NCBI RefSeq assembly: GCF_006345805.1
Contig: NC_042999.1
Coordinates: 113,274,001-113,338,000 of the forward strand
DNA: 64,000 nucleotides
Direction of reading: 5' to 3'
Source of the DNA: Octopus sinensis
Lineage: Eukaryota
Below the pieces are notes generated by a model. The model saw nothing but the letters and a program-made list of their open reading frames with translations. It had not been told where the DNA came from and did no database searches. Positions 52,917 to 64,000 of this stretch are shown piece by piece (the first letter of the stretch is position 1; every line of letters begins with the position of its first letter). The position numbers and the translations under genes were made by a program.

Positions 52917-53220
52917 AAATAAGCAATAAGGATATCCAGAGGTAATGCAGTACGATCGTTTCACGCAACTCCATTTAATTGAACAATGCAATCATTAGAT
53001 CGATTTAAATGCAGAGCAATCTTCAGCTGCACAAAGACATAGAATTTAATTGAATTAAAACATGGACACATTAGTATAACTTCATCTAAATTAAATTCTA
53101 TGTTTTTGTGCAGCTGAAGATTGCTCTGCATTGAAATTGATGTAATGATTGCATTGTTCAATTAAATGGAGTTGCGTGAAACGACCGCACTGCATTACTT
53201 CTGGATATCGTTGCTTATTT
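52917..53220. mobile_element. palindromic (fold-back) MITE-like element with ~135-bp arms
   Basis: 52917-53051 is an approximately 90% identical reverse complement of 53089-53220 (for example CGTTTCACGCAACTCCATTTAATTGAACAATGCAATCATTA on both arms). Confidence 0.8.
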
Positions 53221-53348
53221 AAATTTTAATCAGCTTATTTTGAAATTGTATGGATAATACCGTACTAAATTCTGGTGCCTCAACTTAAGTACCATATTCA
53301 AATGAATCTAAATTTTTGCTGAACTCATCAACCATACCCCAACGATAT

Positions 53349-53401
<53 letters not shown>

Positions 53402-53506
53402 TATAGATATATATATATATATATATTCATATATAAATGTAATATAAATATATAATATAATATATATACATATATTTATATATTTACATACATACACATA
53501 CATACA

Positions 53507-53538
<32 letters not shown>

Positions 53539-53659
53539 AAGAATAAGGAGAAAAAGGAGAGGTAATTAATAAAATATTATCAATTAATTATAAAATCTGA
53601 CATCTCTGACAGCCGTTTCCATTCAGTAATGTTTAGATAATTAATTTATAAAATTAAAA

Positions 53660-57130
<3,471 letters not shown>

Positions 57131-57329
57131 TTTATAATCAACCCAACCCCTACTTTCTGTATGGATATATATTTTGCCCTTACACTAATATTCATGTATA
57201 ATATTAACTTATTTATCTCTTTCCCATAAACTGTATTGAATTTAAACAAAATTTATAATCAACCCATTTATCTAACCTTTACCAGGTGTAACACCACGCA
57301 TTCTTTTCTAAGTAAGTTTTATATATATA

Positions 57330-57359
<30 letters not shown>

Positions 57360-57362
<3 letters not shown>

Positions 57363-57792
57363 AAATAAGAAAATGGAGAAATACATCCAAATCAAATATC
57401 AACTACCAGATAACACCCAATCACATACTTTATTAAACCACTACATAAGAAACTTTAAGGTCATACATAATAATATAGAACAAAACAGTGTACATAAAGG
57501 AGTGTACATATAGGAGTAATATGATACAATAAGTACAATATGTATAAGAGAATATAAATATAAATAAATATAAATATAAAAATAAATGTTTATATTTATA
57601 TTCTCTTATACATATTCTACTTATTGTATCATATTACTCCTATATGTACACTCCTTTATGTACACTGTTTTGTTCTATATTATTATGTACGACCTTAAAG
57701 TTTCTTATGTAGTGGTTTAATAAAGTATGTGATTGGGTGTTATCTGGTAGTTGATATTTGATTTGGATGTATTCTCCATTTTCTTATTTTGT
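57360..57792. repeat. near-perfect inverted repeat, ~205-bp arms, 24-bp spacer
   Basis: 57360-57564 is the reverse complement of 57589-57792 with about two substitutions and one indel by eye. Confidence 0.93.
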
Positions 57793-57960
57793 ATTATGAA
57801 TTTGTAGTAAAACATTTTACCTTTGCCCATATAATACAGTAAATGAATTAATTGCATCGCAATTCTTAACATTTATGTATTAACTTTGTTGGGTACTAGC
57901 AGTATATTGGATATATGTTATCCCATGGAGGGTTGCATTTACAACCCCTATCTCAATTTG

Positions 57961-57992
<32 letters not shown>

Positions 57993-57996
57993 TAAC

Positions 57997-58028
<32 letters not shown>

Positions 58029-58279
58029 ATATATAATATACTATATATATATATATTATATAATTATATTATATAATATATTTATAAAGGTCGTGGGTAA
58101 GGCCAGAACAAAGCGAAGTAAATGCAAAGCAAATCACAAGAGAACAAATATATGAATTAATGTAGACTTACCTTGTATTCAGTATTTCGGGGTTATGACC
58201 ATACTTTCAAGAAATTAACGAATGTTGCCGATGTGCGTGTGTGTGAGCGTGTGAAGAGTGGATATGCGCGTAAAGGTGT

Positions 58280-58574
58280 TGCTATAGCAACCAGCTAGCT
58301 TCCTGTAGCTCTCTTCTGTTGTTGATCTTAGGTTTCTTTTGGTATGTGAGGATGGCCTCAGAGATTCTAAGGTTGCCCCTGTTCCGTGGTGTTGCCTTCA
58401 TGTGGACTGAATTCCCGGGTCTGGCATTTCCGTAGATGTTACTTCACAGAAGTGTCTTCTGTATGTCTTTCTTAATGCGTATACGGAGTTTTCATGCTGA
58501 GTTTCCTATGTAGGATGCGTCACATTTTCCACAGATGATTTCGTATACAACATAGGTCCTCTGGCACAATTCAG
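58280..58574 (-). pseudogene. Penelope GIY-YIG endonuclease fragment
   Basis: Minus strand TYVVYEIICGKCDASYIGNSA*KLRIRIK...LRISEAILTYQKKPKIN. Confidence 0.78.
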
Positions 58575-59163
58575 TGACCCTGAATTGTGCCAGAGGACAA
58601 TGAATCTATATGAATCTGAATGAATCTATAGTGTAGCGGTCATAATTTAGTGATGCGGATAAAATTTTGTCCCGACGGTGTAGTGGGGATTTTATAAAAT
58701 TTAGATGATTAAATATGTATAAATGAACAAAACCTCTTATGTTCGCGCTGTTATACGAATTCATTTGGACGTCTTATAAGTCAAAAGCGCTATATTCCCA
58801 GGTTCAAAGACATCTGACGCTGAATGATAGTGTTTTATGTGCATGCATAATGAGGCGCAATTCGAGTTCATCGATAATTATAAAATGACCTACAAATTCC
58901 AAGCATCGTGTTGCATAATTTCAAATATAGATAAGTAAAAATCTAAATATCAAACTACGGGAATCTTACCTTACATTTACTGTGAGTGGCTTCAAACCAA
59001 GATATCACCGAAAAGCTACTGGCCCGTAGAAACGGGTTAGAACATTCTTTACTTTTATTATTGATACCCTTTAATATTTTTACACGCTAAACGTAATTCT
59101 GTACAAGCAGGGTTAATTAGTTTGAATTTAGGTCCATAGTAAAAGTCAAATTTATGATCTTTC

Positions 59164-59174
<11 letters not shown>

Positions 59175-59226
<52 letters not shown>

Positions 59227-59443
59227 GTGTATGTGTGTGTGTGTGGTATGTATATTTATGTATATATGTATGGTTTGTATGTATATGTGTATATAATACG
59301 CATGTACATAATATATATAATATATATCTATATATATATATATATATAATATATTATATGCCTGTGTATATGTATATATATAGAGAGAGGGAGACAGATA
59401 GATATCATATTAAATATATATGCATGTATATATATATATATAC

Positions 59444-59489
<46 letters not shown>

Positions 59490-59740
59490 GTATACATACA
59501 TATATATATATAATATATACATATACATACATATATATATGTATGTATATGGATATATACATACAAATATACACATATATTACATATACAAATATACATA
59601 CGCACCCGCTCTCTCGCACACGACAGCATGTATGCACACTGGCACACACGCACGCACACACACGCACGCACACATACATGCACACACACAAACACACACG
59701 CACACACACACACATATACAACGTACATATATAAACATTG
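59175..59740. repeat. compound (TA)/(TG)/(CA) microsatellite
   Basis: Directly visible. Confidence 0.93.
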
Positions 59741-60685
59741 CTATATGTGTGTCTTTGTTATTTAGGCTTTATTGAAAAAATATGTCAATGAAATCATTGC
59801 ATTGGTTTAGTAGACAGAAGTACAGTAACTACCGATGTCTTGCAAAATAAATAGTTTCTGTTTCCTTACGTAGACAGCGATAGTTACAGCAAACAAAAAT
59901 ATATTGGAATATATTAAAAATTTACACTGTTTAATATCAATACTTTATGTATACACAGTAGAAATACACCCATACTCATATACAAGCTTACCTACTAACT
60001 CATACACATAGACACACACCTATGCATACGCACTCGTGCATTCACGCACTCACGCATACACGCACACCCACACGCGTGCACACTTAGTCTTTAGTCGAAA
60101 GACATCTTGTTTATTTTGTATTCTTATTCTGTTTTCGTTTTCGTTCTTGCTTTTGTACTAGCTTTATGTCTCCATCTTGTCTGTTTTCAGTCGTAAACTT
60201 TTTTTCTTTGACCTCAGTACTTATCAGACAAACGATACCAACTTTTTCCAAGCACCGAAATCATAATGGCCCTGGATTAAAGGATGGCTGGTGAAAAGTG
60301 TTAATCCATGTCTGATTTTTGTCCTTTCTGTCATTCGTCGCACATGTCATCATATATCATTTCTAAAGTACATATTTTAAATTTTGACTGATTTGTTTTC
60401 TCCCGTTGTGAGCATCCCTCTTTTTCTCTCGATCTATTTTACCCCACCTCTCTCTTTCTCACTACTTCTCATTCGCTCTATTTTGCTCCTTCTCTCTCAC
60501 TATCTATTTCTTCCTCATTTTCGCCCCTTTGTCTCTGTCTCTCATTCTCACTTAGTTACCAGCTGCGTCTGCTATCTGTCATTCCTTTGTTTTGGCCTTT
60601 TGTCGCGCGATCTGACCACATGTGTCTAATGTTTCTCCTTTTGTAATTTGTACCAACACGAAAGTCATTTTATATTTTCCGTGCC

Positions 60686-60908
60686 TGTAAGGTGGCGAGC
60701 TGGGAGAATCGTTGCCACACTGGACTAAATGCTTAGTGGCATTTCTTCATACACCTTGCTTTCTGAGTTCAAATGCTACTGAAGTCAATTTCACATTTCC
60801 CCCTTTCGGGGCTGTTAAAATAAGTACCAGTTAAACACTGGTGTTAATGGAACCGACTCTCCTCTCCAATTAGAATTTCTGGTGCTGTGCGTAAATTAGA
60901 AAGTATTT
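60686..60908 (+). mobile_element. SINE family A
   Basis: AAGGTGGCGAGCTGGGAGAATCGTTG...GAGTTCAAAT...CCTTTCGGGG..TAAAATAAGTACCAGTTAAACACTGG. Confidence 0.85.
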
Positions 60909-61189
60909 TCCCTCTGGATTAGTTTGTCTTTATTTTAAGTCAAAAGATATCCTTTTTGTTTATACCCTATACTTGTTTGTTCTTGATTTCCGTATAAGTT
61001 TTATGTTTCGTCTTGTTGGTTTTTCATTTGTAACACTTGTCCTCGTTTTATTTTGTGTGAATCTTGACGCTTTCCAAACGAACGATTCCAAATTTTTCCA
61101 AGTGACGAAATCCTAATGACGCTCGATAGAAAGTTAGCTGTTGAAATGGTTTATCAATTACTGCCATTACGTCCTTGAGCATTATGTGG

Positions 61190-61202
61190 ATATACATATA
61201 CA

Positions 61203-61288
<86 letters not shown>

Positions 61289-61626
61289 GTATGTTTATGT
61301 GTATGTATATATATTATATATGTGTGTGTGTATGTGTATGAGTGTGTGTGTTTATATATATATACACATACATATATATAAATGTGTGTGTATATGTATG
61401 TAACATACATATATATATATATATATAATATATATATAATATATATATATATTATATATATGCGTGTGTGTGTATGCATATTAAACGGTTTGGAGATGAT
61501 GTACAGGTATATATGTTAGAAGAAATTAATATCTGTAAATATAAAACCATCCAGATTTCTGAATACCTTATTTCTTCTAATATATATGTATAATATATAT
61601 ATATTATATATATATATATATATAGA

Positions 61627-61669
<43 letters not shown>

Positions 61670-61830
61670 AATATAGATAGAGAGAGGAGAGAGAGAGAGG
61701 AGAGAGAGAGAGAGAGCGAGGGGAGAGAGAGAGACACGTGCGCACACACATACACAGACACAGACATACAGACACATGCACACACACACACACACACACA
61801 CCACACACACACACACATATATATATATAT
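61190..61830. repeat. compound (TA)/(TG)/(GA)/(CA) microsatellite
   Basis: Directly visible. Confidence 0.93.
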
Positions 61831-61994
61831 ACACCACTAAAATTCATACCATTCGCTAGTCAAACACGGGTAAAGATCATGTAATTAGTCGACAGCAATT
61901 TGTCGCCGTTTAATTTTTCCTAAGTCAATTCGTCGTTTGTCAATTCGTTGAGATCACAGGAAAAATGGAAGAACGAATATCTGAATTTAAAAAA

Positions 61995-62735
61995 CGTTTA
62001 TTTTAAGGTTTGCTGTATTACATATATATTTTTTCCTAAAATATGATTGTGTGCAATTGCTTTTAGAAAAATTATTTTGGGGTTTGGATTATATTTCTTC
62101 ATGACATTTTTTATACGCAGGTTCATATCTCCGTATTTTTTCTTTTGGCTTGGACTTTCTCCTTCCATAAACTTCTGCAGTTTGGTACTAGAAAACCTTC
62201 CCTCACATTTAATCACATCAATATTTCCAAATATTTAGATGACTAATATTCACTGTGTTTTTCAACGTGCTGTGGTAGGCTTCTAAATTATTTGTAGTAT
62301 GAGCAATCCCCGTCATATATCTATCCCAAACATTCCATATAGGTAATGGAAATGGAAGTTCAAGGCGTCGCCTCCTCTATCCTCTTCCTCTAGGTGATTC
62401 TATATAATTATTTTCAAAATAGGATACAATTGATTGGAATATCGTCGTCATCTGCAAGTTGTTCATATCCATCTACATCATCAACCGGCAGGAAGGCAAG
62501 GGCAACAAAACCCCACATTTTAGAACTAAAACTGTCGTCTTCGTGATATCTGCATTTTAGTCCTTCTTGCACAATATGCTTGTACACATTTTGTCCTAAA
62601 TAAAACAAGCAGCATGCCAAATAACGCAGGAAACGATTCCAAAAATCCGTTATGGGTCGCTTTTTGAAATCCATAATTACAGCCTTGGCCAAAATACAAC
62701 CTTGGCAGGTATGAAAAAACAGAGAATATGATTGA
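61995..62735 (-). pseudogene. Mutator-like (MULE) transposase relic, C-terminal half
   Basis: AVIMDFK..., CCLFYLGQNVYKHIVQEGLK.RY..D..F....ALAFLPVDDV, WNVWDR...HTTNNLEAYH..L...HLNIWK, KKKYGDMNLRIKNV..Y...FLKAIAHN. Confidence 0.85.
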
Positions 62736-62758
62736 AACTCATTTATTTCATAACTGCA

Positions 62759-62759
<1 letters not shown>

Positions 62760-62814
<55 letters not shown>

Positions 62815-62864
62815 TAATAATGATGATAATAATGATGATGATAATAATAATAATAATAATAATA

Positions 62865-62896
<32 letters not shown>

Positions 62897-62907
62897 AATG
62901 ATGATAA

Positions 62908-62985
<78 letters not shown>
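62760..62985. repeat. (AAT)n/(GAT)n
   Basis: Directly visible. Confidence 0.95.
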
Positions 62986-62986
<1 letters not shown>

Positions 62987-63530
62987 GCCCTGATGCAGTA
63001 CCAGGCAGTGGCTCTCATGGCTTCTGATCTTAGCCGATTGGAAGTGTTGCCATGTACATTGTTTTGTCTTGGTATAAAAGATGGGCTGCAGCAAATATTC
63101 TGCTCAATACCACAGATTTACTTGTCAGTTGTTTTACCTTAACCAGTTGAGCATGTCCCTTAGTGGCTGACGATATGTGCATCACTGATCATGAGCAGAA
63201 GTAGTGGGGGAGCATCATAGCCATGTGTTGAGAGGGATTTTTTTGGGTTTGAAAAATTCACCTTTGGAAACATGGCTGTTTCATTCAACATCCTTAAACA
63301 ACCCTTATTCAGAGACCTTTTGAGCTGGATGGGTTACTCGACCAGAAGAAAATTCTAACTGGGCCCCGCCTGTAAGGTCATGTGCTGTTTATCTTGATAT
63401 GAGATCACCATGTCGTGCACATATGGTTGTGGTGCATGTGCCTAGTGTACCCTTATCAGACGGGTATACTGGGTTTCGTATATTTTACCCCAGTGTCACT
63501 TTGATGGCATGCACTGCTCTCTCACTCAGT
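62985..63530 (+). mobile_element. unclassified ~550-bp non-coding interspersed element between (AAT)n and (AAC)n/(AAT)n
   Basis: Longest of three copies in the window (others 19530-19955 and 14228-14335). No ORF, no TIR, no tRNA head that I can recognise. Orientation inferred from the AAT-reading strand. Confidence 0.8.
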
Positions 63531-63649
63531 ATTAACAACAACAACAGCAACAATAACAACAATAACAACAACAACAGCAACAACAACAACAAAAACAACA
63601 ACAACAATAATAATAATAATAATAATAATAAACATTTTTGAGTATATTC

Positions 63650-64000
63650 TATCAATAATTAATATTTGATGTGTCTTCCTTTTGCTTTTATAACCGCTTT
63701 TGTGTTTTTGCATGCTTGAGACTAAGTTCTCACAATTGATTGGCTCAATTTTCTGCCACTTTTCATGAATTTTGGCTGTTAATTTACTTTTTGTACACAC
63801 TCACTCGTGCCCAAGTGTGACCATAAATGCTCAATGGGGTTGAGATCTTGAAATTTTTTTTTAGTGGTGGGCAGGGGCATTCCATCAACCTCATCCCTTT
63901 CTCCTCAAACCAACCCAGTGAGACTGGCTGTGTGATATGGAGCATTGTCTTGTTAGAAGATTACACCATCTGTTATGTTATCATTGAAAATTTCACCTGA
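63650..64000 (-). pseudogene. Tc1 transposase C-terminal relic
   Basis: Minus strand QDNAPYHT, FEEKGMRLMECP, DLNPIEHLW, IHEKWQKI..INCENLVSSM..AVIKAKGRHIKY*. Confidence 0.9.

Noticed and set aside
58130-58200. Hammerhead-like string on the minus strand (CTTGAAAG...CCGAAATAC)
   Set aside because: The core is not CUGANGA and I could not form stems I and III.

Overview
This is AT-rich, repeat-saturated eukaryotic DNA, most likely non-coding (intergenic or intronic) sequence from a cephalopod of the genus Octopus. That assignment is inferred from the two tRNA-derived SINE families, the R4/Dong, RTE and Penelope content and the very high microsatellite load. I found no convincing host protein-coding exon; nearly all ORFs in the track are microsatellite translations or transposon relics. 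Identifiable elements are: mariner, Tc1, MULE and hAT DNA-transposon relics and MITEs; a decayed 3-kb L1/Tx1 ORF2; at least six R4/Dong (restriction-like endonuclease) LINE pieces, the best preserved sitting in (AAT)n tracts; an RTE 3' end; Penelope-like elements (PLEs) of three structural types; and about 15 SINEs. The most interesting observations are: (1) a 2.1-kb TSD-flanked retroelement that encodes only an L1/Tx1-type ORF1 (HAL1-like), innermost in a three-level nest; (2) an apparently intact type I hammerhead ribozyme at 33405-33496 (-); (3) a Penelope pseudo-LTR built as tRNA-like module + (AAT)n + minimal hammerhead, whose (AAT)n was hit by an R4/Dong element; (4) repeated fold-back inversions at PLE ends, plus a near-perfect palindrome with ~205-bp arms; (5) a ~550-bp non-coding element sitting in (AAT)n. 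Repeat boundaries were read by eye and are approximate unless a TSD or motif is quoted.
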